Assembly (NCBI GenBank): GCA_965223265.1
Contig: OZ244999.1
Span: 8,640,001 to 8,704,000 of the forward strand
DNA length: 64,000 nt
Source of the DNA: Planctomycetota bacterium
GTDB lineage: Bacteria; Planctomycetota; UBA8108; SXIK01
Direction: 5' to 3'
Both the position numbers and the translations under genes were made by a program. Shown piece after piece: positions 1-9,543 of the stretch (positions are counted from its first letter, which is position 1; every line of letters starts with the position of its first letter). The notes below the pieces were generated by a model. The model worked only from the letters and a program-made list of their open reading frames with translations. It was not told where the DNA came from and did not search any database.

Positions 1-1855
1 CCAGGTCCGCGCGTTTCTCGCCGACGAAGCGAGCGACGCGTTCGAGCGGGTCGTGGACGACCTTCTCGACTCGCCGCATTACGGCGAGCGTTGGGCCCGC
101 CACTGGCTTGACGTCGTGCGTTTCGCCGAGACAAACAGCTTCGAGCGTGACGGCGCCAAACCTTTCGCGTGGCGTTACCGTGACTACGTGATCGAGTCGC
201 TCAACGCGGACAAGCCGTACGATCAGTTCGTCCGAGAACAACTCGCCGGCGACGAGCTCGACGACGTGACGCCGGAGACGATCATCGCCACCGGCTTCTA
301 TCGACTCGGCCCGTGGGACGATGAGCCGACCGACGAGGAACAAGCGATCTACGACGAGCTCGACGACATCGTCTCGACGACCGGGCAGGCGTTTCTCGGT
401 CTGACCGTGAACTGCGCTCGTTGCCACGATCACAAGCTCGATCCCATTCCACAGTCGGACTACTACCGACTGCTCGCGTTCTTTCGCGGCGTCTCTCCGA
501 CGAAGCGGCGTGATGGTGACTCTCTACTGACGATCATCGCACCAGCGGCCGAGCGCGCCTCCTATGAGCGTGCTAACGCCGAGCTGGAGTCACGCAGGAA
601 GGCGGCGCGCGACCGATTCGAGGTCTTTCGCGAGGGTATGGTCGCTCTTCTGAGCGACGCAGAGCGCACCGCCATCGCGGCGGACCCCGGCAAGCGGGGT
701 GAGATCCTGAAACAGCGGTTGCCCGAGCTGCTCACGACGTCTGGGCAGGAGAAGTACGAAGCCCTGCGCGAACACTACGAGAAGGTGCGGCGCGAGAAGC
801 CGCCCGCGATTGACAGGGCGCTCAGCGTGAAAGAAACCGGCCCGCAGCCACCATCGACGCACATTCTGATTCGCGGCAGTGCTCACATCCCCGGCGACGA
901 AGTGGCACCCGGATTTCCGGTCGCGCTCAAGGCGCCGCGCGCAGCGATTCCAGAGGTCGCCGCCGATGCCAAGACGAGCGGCCGGCGACGCGTCCTCGCC
1001 GAGTGGATCGCCAGCGCCGACAATCCCATGACGGCACGCGTGATCGTGAACCGCATCTGGCAGCATCATTTCGGTCGTGGCATCGTGCGCTCGCCCAACA
1101 ACTTTGGTCGCAACGGTGTTCCGCCGACGCATCCGAAGCTTCTCGACTGGCTCGCAGCTGACTTCGTCAGGCATGGCTGGCGGATCAAGCGCCTGCATCG
1201 CCTGATCGTCACCTCGAGTGCCTATCGCATGTCCTCTGGCGCCAACGCCAAGGCGTTGGCTGAGGACCCGGAGAACCAACTCTTCTGGCGTATGAACATG
1301 CGTAGGCTCTCCGCCGAGGAGGTGCGCGACGCGCTTCTCTACGTCAATGGAACGCTCAACCTCAAGGTCGGCGGACCGAGCGTGTTTCCGAAGATTCCAG
1401 CTGCGATCCTGCAGGGACAGTCGCGGCCTGGAAACGGGTGGACGTTTTCCTCGGAGGACGAACAGCGGCGGCGGAGCGTCTACGTTCACATCAAACGTTC
1501 TTTGATCCTGCCAATCTTCGAAACCTTCGACTATGCGGACACTGATGCGAGTTGCCCGGTGCGATTTGCGACGACGCAGCCTACGCAGGCGCTTACGATG
1601 CTGAATAGCGAGTTCATGCAGGAGCAAGCTGCGTCGTTTGCAGCCCGGCTCGGACGCGAAGCAGGTGATGAGCGGCGCGCGCAGGTGGATCTCGCTTTGA
1701 ATCTGGCTCTGTCGCGTCGACCGACCGACGTTGAAATCAGGCGCGGCCTCGATCTCATCGTTGACCTCGGCGCAAATGGTGTCGAGCCGTCGGACGCACT
1801 TCGCCTTTTCTGTCTGACTGTGTTGAATCTCAACGAGTTCCTCTATCTGGACTGA
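1..1855 (+). CDS. DUF1549/DUF1553 (PSD1/PSCyt) planctomycete protein, 5'-partial
   Basis: Frame is open from position 2 (QVRAFLADEASDAFERVVDD). Motifs SPHYGERWARHWLDVVRF, CARCHDHK (CxxCH), NPMTARVIVNRIWQHHFGRG, PTHPKLLDWLA and EFLYLD. Followed by a DUF1501 gene. Confidence 0.93.
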   Translation, partial: QVRAFLADEASDAFERVVDDLLDSPHYGERWARHWLDVVRFAETNSFERDGAKPFAWRYRDYVIESLNADKPYDQFVREQLAGDELDDVTPETIIATGFYRLGPWDDEPTDEEQAIYDELDDIVSTTGQAFLGLTVNCARCHDHKLDPIPQSDYYRLLAFFRGVSPTKRRDGDSLLTIIAPAAERASYERANAELESRRKAARDRFEVFREGMVALLSDAERTAIAADPGKRGEILKQRLPELLTTSGQEKYEALREHYEKVRREKPPAIDRALSVKETGPQPPSTHILIRGSAHIPGDEVAPGFPVALKAPRAAIPEVAADAKTSGRRRVLAEWIASADNPMTARVIVNRIWQHHFGRGIVRSPNNFGRNGVPPTHPKLLDWLAADFVRHGWRIKRLHRLIVTSSAYRMSSGANAKALAEDPENQLFWRMNMRRLSAEEVRDALLYVNGTLNLKVGGPSVFPKIPAAILQGQSRPGNGWTFSSEDEQRRRSVYVHIKRSLILPIFETFDYADTDASCPVRFATTQPTQALTMLNSEFMQEQAASFAARLGREAGDERRAQVDLALNLALSRRPTDVEIRRGLDLIVDLGANGVEPSDALRLFCLTVLNLNEFLYLD

Positions 1856-1891
1856 GCCGGATCTGGGAGTGAGACCCTGTAGGACGCTGAT

Positions 1892-3358
1892 ATGAAGACG
1901 AACCGAAAGAACTCCTTCTGCGGCCAAACACGCCGTGAGTTTTTCTGGCAATCTGGCGCCGGCTTCACCGGCCTGGCGCTCAGCGGCCTGCTGAGCACCG
2001 ACGGATTTTTGGCGGCGCAAACAGTCGCGGCTGATGGCAAGACCCCGTACGCGAATCCGCTCGCACCCAAGGAGTCGCACTTCACGCCGAAGGCGAAGAG
2101 TGTCATCTTTCTCTTCATGTACGGCGGCCCCAGCCATGTCGATACGTTCGACTACAAGCCCGAGCTCTACAAACTCGACGGCAAGACGATCGCGGTCAAG
2201 ACGAAGGGTCGCGCAGGATCGCGAAACCAAGGCCGCATCGTCGGCCCAAAGTGGAGCTTTCAGCGTTACGGACAATCGGGACAGTGGGTGTCGGAACTGT
2301 TCCCACATATAGCGACCTGCGTCGATGACATCTCGTTCCTCAAGTCGATGACAGCCGACTCACCGATCCACGGCTCGGCGATGCTGCAGATGAATTCCGG
2401 CCGCATTCTAAGCGGCAGTCCGGCCCTCGGCTCTTGGGTCAACTACGGACTGGGAAGCGAGAACGAGAATCTACCTGGCTTCGTCGTCATGCTTGATCCC
2501 AGCGGCGGACCGATCAGCGGCGCTAAGAACTGGAGCAGCGGCTACATGCCGGCGACCTATCAAGGCACGATTCTGCGCTCCGAGGGCGCACCGATCATTG
2601 ACCTTGAGAATCCTAAAGGCGTCAGCCGCGCCACGCAGCGGCGACTGTTGGACGCGCTCAAGGCGTACAACAACGACCACCTTGCCGCCCGAGTCGACAA
2701 CAGCAACCTGGCGGCACGCATCGCCAGCTACGAGCTTGCCTTCAAGATGCAGGCAGCGGCTCCGGAAGCGACGGATCTGAACCAGGAGGACGAGGAGACC
2801 CAAGAGCTCTACGGTCTCCATCAGGAACGCACACGCAACTTCGGCCGTCGATGTCTCATGGCGCGCCGGCTCGTCGAGCGCGGAGTGCGATTCGTGCAGA
2901 TCTACTCCGGTGGCAACCACAGCGACTACAACTGGGACGCGCACGGCGATCTAGTGAAGAACCACAATTTCCACGCCGGGAACACAGATCTGCCGATCGC
3001 TGGACTGCTGAAGGATCTCAAGCGTCGGGGCCTGCTCGACGAAACGCTCGTCGTTTGGGGCGGTGAGTTCGGCCGCCAACCGACTGCCGAGTATGCCAAG
3101 GGAACGGGCCGAGACCATAACTCGTACGGCTTCACGATGTGGGTTGCCGGAGGCGGCCTCAAAGGCGGCATCAGCGTCGGCGAGACGGACGAGCTTGGCA
3201 GCGCCGCCGTGCGCGATCGACTGCATGTGAAGAACCTTCACGCCACGATCCTGACCCAGCTCGGCCTCAATCCCGAAGCTCTGACGTATTTCTACGGCGG
3301 GCTCGACCAAAAGCTCGTCGGCGTCGAAGGTGCCGAGCCGATTCACCAGATCATGTGA
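1892..3358 (+). CDS. DUF1501 domain protein with Tat signal
   Basis: TRREFF Tat motif; AKSVIFLFMYGGPSHVDTFDYKP, ARRLVERGVRFVQ, WDAH, GEFGRQP, GRDHN. Confidence 0.93.
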   Translation: MKTNRKNSFCGQTRREFFWQSGAGFTGLALSGLLSTDGFLAAQTVAADGKTPYANPLAPKESHFTPKAKSVIFLFMYGGPSHVDTFDYKPELYKLDGKTIAVKTKGRAGSRNQGRIVGPKWSFQRYGQSGQWVSELFPHIATCVDDISFLKSMTADSPIHGSAMLQMNSGRILSGSPALGSWVNYGLGSENENLPGFVVMLDPSGGPISGAKNWSSGYMPATYQGTILRSEGAPIIDLENPKGVSRATQRRLLDALKAYNNDHLAARVDNSNLAARIASYELAFKMQAAAPEATDLNQEDEETQELYGLHQERTRNFGRRCLMARRLVERGVRFVQIYSGGNHSDYNWDAHGDLVKNHNFHAGNTDLPIAGLLKDLKRRGLLDETLVVWGGEFGRQPTAEYAKGTGRDHNSYGFTMWVAGGGLKGGISVGETDELGSAAVRDRLHVKNLHATILTQLGLNPEALTYFYGGLDQKLVGVEGAEPIHQIM

Positions 3359-3367
3359 CGAAGTGGC

Positions 3368-5239
3368 TCAGCAAGAACGCCCGCCTTCGCTCTGAGGCTC
3401 CGTCGCCAAACGCCTTCCGGGGAGCGGTGGCAAGGATTCTTCGAGCACTCCTTTGGCGCGCGGCCAGAGGAGGAACGCTTCGATGAGCATCCACGCCTCG
3501 AGGATTAGCGTCAGGATGGCGACCGAGATCAGCACGTAGTTTCGCGGCTCTTTGTCGAGCCAGCCGCCGAGCTGGTAGATCATGGCCCATGCTGGCAGGA
3601 ACAGCATGAAGATCATCGGCAGTGCGGTGAACCACATCGGCAACCGACGACGCCAAAGCCAGAAAGTGATGACGAGGAACGAAAGTCCGCCGAGCAGCTG
3701 ATTCGTGGCGCCGAACATGGGCCACAGGATCAGCCCGCCCTTGCCGGCGTTCTCCAGCGACCACGCCGAACCAGGCACGGGCATCGCGGCCATGGTCCCT
3801 GCGACAACGACGGCGAAGATCGTGGCGCCGTGCTTGTTCGCCAGGCCGTTGAAAGGTGGGATGACGTGCCCGGAAACTTTGAACGTGCTGGCGATCTCTT
3901 GAATGACGTAGCGCTGCAGTCGGCAGGCCGTATCGAGCGTCGTGCCGGCGAACGAGGCGACGAGGACGCCCATGAGTGCGACCGCTACACCGCCGGGGAT
4001 TCCCGCAGCTTTGAGAAAATTCGCTGCGCCGTCGACGAATGCACCGATCTTGGCAGGTAGTCCCTGGGCCGCCCCCCAGGATGCGTATCGGTCGAGCCAC
4101 GCCTCTTGACCGACCAAGAACTCGCCGCCTTTCTCGATGCCGAGGCCGAGGCCGGCGCAACAGGCGAGAATCACGAGCGTAGCGAGAAAGCCTTCAGTGA
4201 GCATTGAGCCGTAGCCGACGACCTGCGCGTCGCTCTCGCATTTGAGCTGCTTACTCGTGGTACCGCTCGAAACCAGGCAATGAAAACCGCTGATGGCGCC
4301 GCAGGCGATGAAGATGAAGAGAAACGGAAAGATCATCGGCGCACCTTCTGGCCGCCACTGCACCACCGGAGCGACCAGCTCAAGCGATTGGCGCGCACCG
4401 CCGTCGCTGAGTGGTGCACCGCCAAGAAAGGCAGCGGCAGCCAGGCCGCCGACGACGAGTGCCAATGCTGTCAAGAGCTGAAGGCTGTTGATGAAATCGC
4501 GCGGCTGCAGCAGCGTCCACACCGGCAGCACCGAGGCAACGTAGGAGTAAATGAGAAGGGCGACCACCCAGGTAAAGGTACCCCAACCGGCCAGTGCGGC
4601 GTTGATATCTCCGAGGATGCCAACGTCGCCGTAGACGACACTTAGGTACATGAGGCCGAGCGCGACCAGCGACGGGATCGCAAGCGCTACACCCTTTCGG
4701 TGCAGCCACACGCCGATGGCTATGGCGAGTGGGATCTGCACGAGACAAGGGAAGATGCTTGCAGGATAGAGTTTGAACACCGCCGCAATCACAAGCCCGA
4801 AAATGGCGAGCACGATCGTCAGCGCCAGAAAGAGGATGAACAGAAATAAGAGCCGTACGCGTGGGTTCAGGACGCGTCCGGCGATGTCGCCGACCGTCTG
4901 GCCTCGATTGCGTAGACTGACGACCAGAGCGCCGAAATCATGCACAGCACCGATGAAGATCGAGCCGAGGAGGACCCAGAGGAGTGCCGGCAACCAGCCC
5001 CACATGACGGCCAGGGCCGGTCCGACGATCGGACCCGTCCCGGCGATGGATGTAAAGTGATGCCCGAACACGACGCTCTTCGCCGTCGGCACATAGTCGC
5101 GGTCGTCATTGAGCTCGACGCTCGGCACCGGTGCGTCCGGATCGAGCCGAAAGATCTTCCGCGCGAGCCAGCGGCCGTAGGTGTGATAGGCGACGAGGTA
5201 GAGAACAAACGCGCCGAGCGCGATCAGCAAGGTCGACAT
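3368..5239 (-). CDS. cstA: Carbon starvation protein A family transporter
   Basis: FGHHFTSIAGTGPIVGP, GAVHDFG, IACGAISGFH, TTLDTACRLQRY, WPMFGATNQL. Start moved to ATG 5239 (MSTLL), which has an AGGAG SD upstream. Confidence 0.93.
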   Translation of the reverse strand: MSTLLIALGAFVLYLVAYHTYGRWLARKIFRLDPDAPVPSVELNDDRDYVPTAKSVVFGHHFTSIAGTGPIVGPALAVMWGWLPALLWVLLGSIFIGAVHDFGALVVSLRNRGQTVGDIAGRVLNPRVRLLFLFILFLALTIVLAIFGLVIAAVFKLYPASIFPCLVQIPLAIAIGVWLHRKGVALAIPSLVALGLMYLSVVYGDVGILGDINAALAGWGTFTWVVALLIYSYVASVLPVWTLLQPRDFINSLQLLTALALVVGGLAAAAFLGGAPLSDGGARQSLELVAPVVQWRPEGAPMIFPFLFIFIACGAISGFHCLVSSGTTSKQLKCESDAQVVGYGSMLTEGFLATLVILACCAGLGLGIEKGGEFLVGQEAWLDRYASWGAAQGLPAKIGAFVDGAANFLKAAGIPGGVAVALMGVLVASFAGTTLDTACRLQRYVIQEIASTFKVSGHVIPPFNGLANKHGATIFAVVVAGTMAAMPVPGSAWSLENAGKGGLILWPMFGATNQLLGGLSFLVITFWLWRRRLPMWFTALPMIFMLFLPAWAMIYQLGGWLDKEPRNYVLISVAILTLILEAWMLIEAFLLWPRAKGVLEESLPPLPGRRLATEPQSEGGRSC

Positions 5240-5244
5240 GAAGG

Positions 5245-5314
5245 GTTCTCCTGGAACGAGGCAGAGCCCGTATCCTAACAAACGAGGCAGGCGCAGCCTA
5301 CGTTCCAGGAGAAC
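5245..5314 (-). promoter_or_regulatory. Hairpin covering the cstA ribosome-binding site
   Basis: Perfect 14-bp inverted repeat GTTCTCCTGGAACG (5245-5258) / CGTTCCAGGAGAAC (5301-5314), extendable by 4 bp across a 1-nt bulge. The mRNA 3' arm contains the SD. Confidence 0.55.
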
Positions 5315-5454
5315 AGACGGACCATTCGGTCAGAAGGGCCGGGCGCGGGCCGGCGGGAGTCGCCCATGAACTGCAGGTTCGGCTTCTTCGAAACGAACTG
5401 CCGTGTGACGCTCAGAGCCGCCAATGTGAACCGTGCGGCGACGTTTCCAGCGGC

Positions 5455-8400
5455 CTACTCACACGTGTCGAAGTCGCAGCCGAGGCTCTTGGCAGGCTCG
5501 TCATCTTGCCCACACTCGGGTGATGGGGCGTCGAGCCGTTCGCCGCCTCCGACGAACAGGTAGGTGAGCAGGAAGATCGCGTCAGAGACGTCATGATCCT
5601 CGTCGTCGTTCGCGTTGCATGCTTCGACGCACTCCGGGATGTGCTCGCCTGCGAAGAGATGGCGGAGACTGAAGATCGCGTCCGACAGATCGAGGTCACC
5701 GCTGCTGTTACAGTCACCGCGGAGGAACAACGCCTCAGCGGGGTCAACTGACTCGGGAAACGCTTTCATGCGAACGATTTCGCCAACACCTCTGTTTGAT
5801 AGCGCTAGAATCTCATCCTCAACGAGTGTGATGCCCGTGACGATGAACTCCTGGCGATCAATCGGGATTTCATAGCCGGTGAGTGATCCAGAAAGTGACA
5901 TCTCGACAATCTTGGATACCGAGGGGCACCGCGCACACCCCAAAACCTCCGCATCGAAGTCGTCGATCGTCATCGCCGTTGTCAGAAGAGTACGGCGCTT
6001 CGGCGACAGAGTCACGCCGTGATTGATCACCAGGTGATTGGGAGGCGGTAGCGGATGGGGAAATTCACGGAGAGTTCTTCCTGTGAGGTCGATTTGAGTG
6101 AAGGCGTCAGTGTTTCCTTCCATGTAGTAGAAGGTGTCCGTCAGCGGATCCCAGGTCAAACCGAGCGGCCAGCGATAGCCGAGGCCCGGCGGTGTCGTCT
6201 CTACTTCGTCGACTAGCTCACCGTCGACTGTCATGCTGGCGAGTCGAAAGAGAGCGTCCACTCCTCCACGCGAGATGATGGCATAGAGAAGGGGTTGATC
6301 GTTCTCCATCCGGATTGCGATCGTGTGAACTTGCCATCCCGGCTCGAGAGGTGCTACGAAACTGTCGAGAAAGATTAGATCCGCATCGTAGTAATAGAGC
6401 CTCGGTTCCGTTGTTCCAGCCGATAGGCGTTGAACGACGAAGAAGGTGCCGTCTGCCGGGTTGTAGGCTATCTGGCCTGGATCGACCAGAGGTTCGGTGA
6501 GTCGGCGCGTGAGCACCGCGCCGACTCCGACTGTCACCGAATCGGTCGCAAAGTCGCTCGCGATTCCCTCTCGGATGCCCTGCACCCGGTACTCGTGTCG
6601 CCCAGGCGGTGCATCTACGTCGACGTGGGCGCGGGAGCTGCCGCTCAGTTCAGCGATCTTCTCACAGCTGCGATAGACGTCGATTCGGTCGTAGGGGCCA
6701 TTGTTGACAAACGTCAGTTCGACGTTGTTCGAGTGCGTCCGCTGGCGGGCGACGAAGAGTGTCGGTCGGCGGACTTCCGGCAGCGCAGTTTCGATCGCGT
6801 GAGCTATTCTGCCGTCGAAAATGAAGAGGTCTCCACGATCGAAGTCGCCGATGAGTGCGATGTCCTGAGCGCCCGGAGAAGCAGGAGTGATCCACGATCC
6901 GGAGACGATCTCTTCTGTCTCGACGTTGAAACGGAAAATATCTGTCCTGCCGTCTGCGAAGGCACCGCTCAAGTAGAGTTCTCGCGCTCCGAGAGCATCG
7001 TTGACCGCGACACCGCTAGTGTTGAAATCCGAGGGATTCGGAAACTCAAATCGGTTGTAAGGATGAGGCAGTTCCCGAATCAAATTGCCGGCGACGTCGA
7101 GTTCGTAAAGCATACGTCGTTTTGTTTCGACGACCCAAATCGATCCTTGCCCTCCTCGGCCGCGAGCGTCGTAGGCGATGCCGCTGACGCGTCCGCGATC
7201 GACATCTTGCGCTGGGTCGGTGCCGATGCTAGGCAGTTGCGCTCCGACGCTTGACACTACGCTACCGGCATTGTTGATCGAGCCGATGCTGTGAGTTGTG
7301 GCGTTGTAGATCAGGAAACGCTCAGGAATACCCGACGGACTGAGGCCGCCAATCGAGTCCCCTTCAGCCAGAAAGAAAGAGCTGATTTCGCTGCGGCTGA
7401 TTTCCTGCAGATCGCGGCCAAGGAAGATTAGGCTCTGCCCAGTTGCGATGACCAATTCGCCGTCGTCGCTCGAGGTCATGAACCCCAAATGCCCGAGAGT
7501 TTCACTGGATGCGATGACTTGGCCGGCTCCGACGATCACGGTGCACTCGCGCGTCTGCGTCGAGTTGAAGCCTGAATAGGCTCTGACCGCTAGCTTGTGC
7601 TCTCCATCCGGGAGAGACAGCGACCAGCTTGTCGCGTCGCCTGGCACGGTAGCTAGCACCTCGCAGCCGCGGACGATTTCAATGGAATCGTACGTCTCGC
7701 TGGTAAGCCACTTGAGTTCGACGGCCGGACCAACCGCGCTACACTGAAGATCGCGAAGCGGCAAGAAGCTCGGTTCACCGCTTTCGAACACAAGGAATCG
7801 ACTGCCGACGACCGTCGTGCATACGTACGCGTCGAAGATCTCTCCGCTCTCTGGGTGGCGAAATGGCCGACTCAGTAGGCTGTTGACTTCACCTCCTGCT
7901 TGCCGCAAGGAGATGGAGGTTTCCGCGATCTCGCCGAGCGCGTTCAGTCGTAGAATCGCATAGCGGTCGTCGCTGCTCCCGAGGAGATGGAAGCCGCTCA
8001 GCTCGCCTTCTTTTTTGATGGGTTCGACGTCATTGAATCGAACGCGAGATTCTGCACCGAGAACAGCTTCGATTTCAGAGCGATCGGGGAAGGATCGTAG
8101 CGTCACGCCGTCCAGCGTCGTTTCCAACACGGACGCCCCTTCGTTCATGACGACGTAGATCGACCCGTTCCCGTCGTTCCCTCCCGCATCGAAGGCCAGC
8201 CCCATGGCGTCTCGCGACTCGAAGTCAATAATGCGGTCGGTCGGCGCGCCGTCCTTGGTGATCTCATGGAGCTCGCCGCTTAGCGCGTCCATGACGAGAA
8301 GTGTCCCGTCGATGCTGTTGATCGTGATGCCGTACGCGAACGATGCGACAGCGTTCTCGAAGGGAATCGGCACCGTTTTGATCACGGTGGTCAGCTCCCG

Positions 8401-9468
8401 GTTGTACTGATAGACCTCGAATTCGGTAGCGCTAGTGACCCAAAAGGTGTCGTCGACATCGTCGTGTGCCATGTCGACCGGTCCTACTGCTTCGGAGGAT
8501 AGGTGTGCCACAAGTTGTCCGGGCTCGCCCGTAAGAACTGGCGAGACGGCAGCGAGACCGAGCGAAAGTGTCGCTGCCAAGAGGCGACGGGATCGTTCCA
8601 TTGCTCTTCCTTTCGGTTCAGAGGCCTGCTGTGTATCAACGGAACTCCGCGTTGACGATGATCCTTGGGCGCGCTGTTGATCAGCACGAAGGGAGACGTC
8701 GTCAGGGGGGCGACTCGGTCCTGCGAGCAAAAGCAGAACGGTCGCTACCGAGACGATTACATACGGGGACGACTTCGCGATGATCTGCGGAGCAGAATGC
8801 CAGAGCCCTGCCGCGTCGTTTTCGGGCGCTGGAGCGAGGGGGCCTCGTTCAACAACACGTGCCTCGAGGTCCCTCGACGGAGCACCGGGCATCTCCCTGG
8901 CGCCGACGAGCGCCAATTCTGTGACAACGATCGCGGTTCCCGCGCCGCCGACAAGGCGCTGCAGCTGATTCTTGGCTCGGTGAACTCGACTACCAACCGT
9001 TTTGACAGGCACACCGGTGATCGATGCGATCTCTTGGTAAGAGAGTCCCTCGAACATACGGAGGTGAATCGTGAGACGGAATTCCTCCGGCAGCTGATCG
9101 ATGCAGTCGTAGAGAAGTTGGCTTTCCTCCTGCGAAAGCACCGTCTCCGCTGTACTGGGCTCAACGAGGTCGCGCTCCCGCCCAGCACGGTTCTCATGAA
9201 AAGACCTGGTCTTTTCCCGCCGCAGGATTGATCGAGCGACGTTGAGAACTGTCTTCAACACAAAGGCGCGCGGGTTCTTGACGTTGGCCGACTTGGTTGT
9301 GGCACGAGAAAGTCTCAAGAAACTCTCCTGAACGACATCTTCCGCCATGTCTTCAGACGGGACGATGCGTCGAGCCATGCGCGTCACAGTCTCGATGTAA
9401 GCGCTGACGAAGGCACTGAATCGAACACGGTCACGTCGATCGAGATAAGAGATGAACGGGTCACTCAC
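5455..9468 (-). CDS. ECF sigma-70 factor fused to a TM segment, a large exported repeat region (probable beta-propellers plus Ig/Fn3-like units) and a C-terminal dockerin-like domain
   Basis: Sigma2 MAEDVVQESFLRL; sigma4 LPEEFRLTIHLRMFEGLSYQEIASITGVPVKTVGSRVHRAK; TM YVIVSVATVLLLLAG; repeated units YDSIEIVR...VIVGAG and YDRIDVYR...VTVGVG; C-terminal FLRGDCNSSGDLDLSDAIFSLRHLF...ACNANDD...DVSDAIFLL. Confidence 0.85.
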   Translation of the reverse strand: MSDPFISYLDRRDRVRFSAFVSAYIETVTRMARRIVPSEDMAEDVVQESFLRLSRATTKSANVKNPRAFVLKTVLNVARSILRREKTRSFHENRAGRERDLVEPSTAETVLSQEESQLLYDCIDQLPEEFRLTIHLRMFEGLSYQEIASITGVPVKTVGSRVHRAKNQLQRLVGGAGTAIVVTELALVGAREMPGAPSRDLEARVVERGPLAPAPENDAAGLWHSAPQIIAKSSPYVIVSVATVLLLLAGPSRPPDDVSLRADQQRAQGSSSTRSSVDTQQASEPKGRAMERSRRLLAATLSLGLAAVSPVLTGEPGQLVAHLSSEAVGPVDMAHDDVDDTFWVTSATEFEVYQYNRELTTVIKTVPIPFENAVASFAYGITINSIDGTLLVMDALSGELHEITKDGAPTDRIIDFESRDAMGLAFDAGGNDGNGSIYVVMNEGASVLETTLDGVTLRSFPDRSEIEAVLGAESRVRFNDVEPIKKEGELSGFHLLGSSDDRYAILRLNALGEIAETSISLRQAGGEVNSLLSRPFRHPESGEIFDAYVCTTVVGSRFLVFESGEPSFLPLRDLQCSAVGPAVELKWLTSETYDSIEIVRGCEVLATVPGDATSWSLSLPDGEHKLAVRAYSGFNSTQTRECTVIVGAGQVIASSETLGHLGFMTSSDDGELVIATGQSLIFLGRDLQEISRSEISSFFLAEGDSIGGLSPSGIPERFLIYNATTHSIGSINNAGSVVSSVGAQLPSIGTDPAQDVDRGRVSGIAYDARGRGGQGSIWVVETKRRMLYELDVAGNLIRELPHPYNRFEFPNPSDFNTSGVAVNDALGARELYLSGAFADGRTDIFRFNVETEEIVSGSWITPASPGAQDIALIGDFDRGDLFIFDGRIAHAIETALPEVRRPTLFVARQRTHSNNVELTFVNNGPYDRIDVYRSCEKIAELSGSSRAHVDVDAPPGRHEYRVQGIREGIASDFATDSVTVGVGAVLTRRLTEPLVDPGQIAYNPADGTFFVVQRLSAGTTEPRLYYYDADLIFLDSFVAPLEPGWQVHTIAIRMENDQPLLYAIISRGGVDALFRLASMTVDGELVDEVETTPPGLGYRWPLGLTWDPLTDTFYYMEGNTDAFTQIDLTGRTLREFPHPLPPPNHLVINHGVTLSPKRRTLLTTAMTIDDFDAEVLGCARCPSVSKIVEMSLSGSLTGYEIPIDRQEFIVTGITLVEDEILALSNRGVGEIVRMKAFPESVDPAEALFLRGDCNSSGDLDLSDAIFSLRHLFAGEHIPECVEACNANDDEDHDVSDAIFLLTYLFVGGGERLDAPSPECGQDDEPAKSLGCDFDTCE

Positions 9469-9543
9469 GGATGATTCCCCTGAGCTCTATTTTCTTCCCC
9501 AGAAATTGCTCGCGAGCATCCGAAGCGTGTCGCAAGTCGATGG

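Noticed and set aside
590-2308. 572-aa antisense ORF, and similar long shadow ORFs such as 30981-32276, 32102-33637, 34530-35753 and 41239-42348
   Set aside because: They lie opposite genes with clear family motifs and have no motifs of their own. Long antisense ORFs are expected in high-GC coding DNA.
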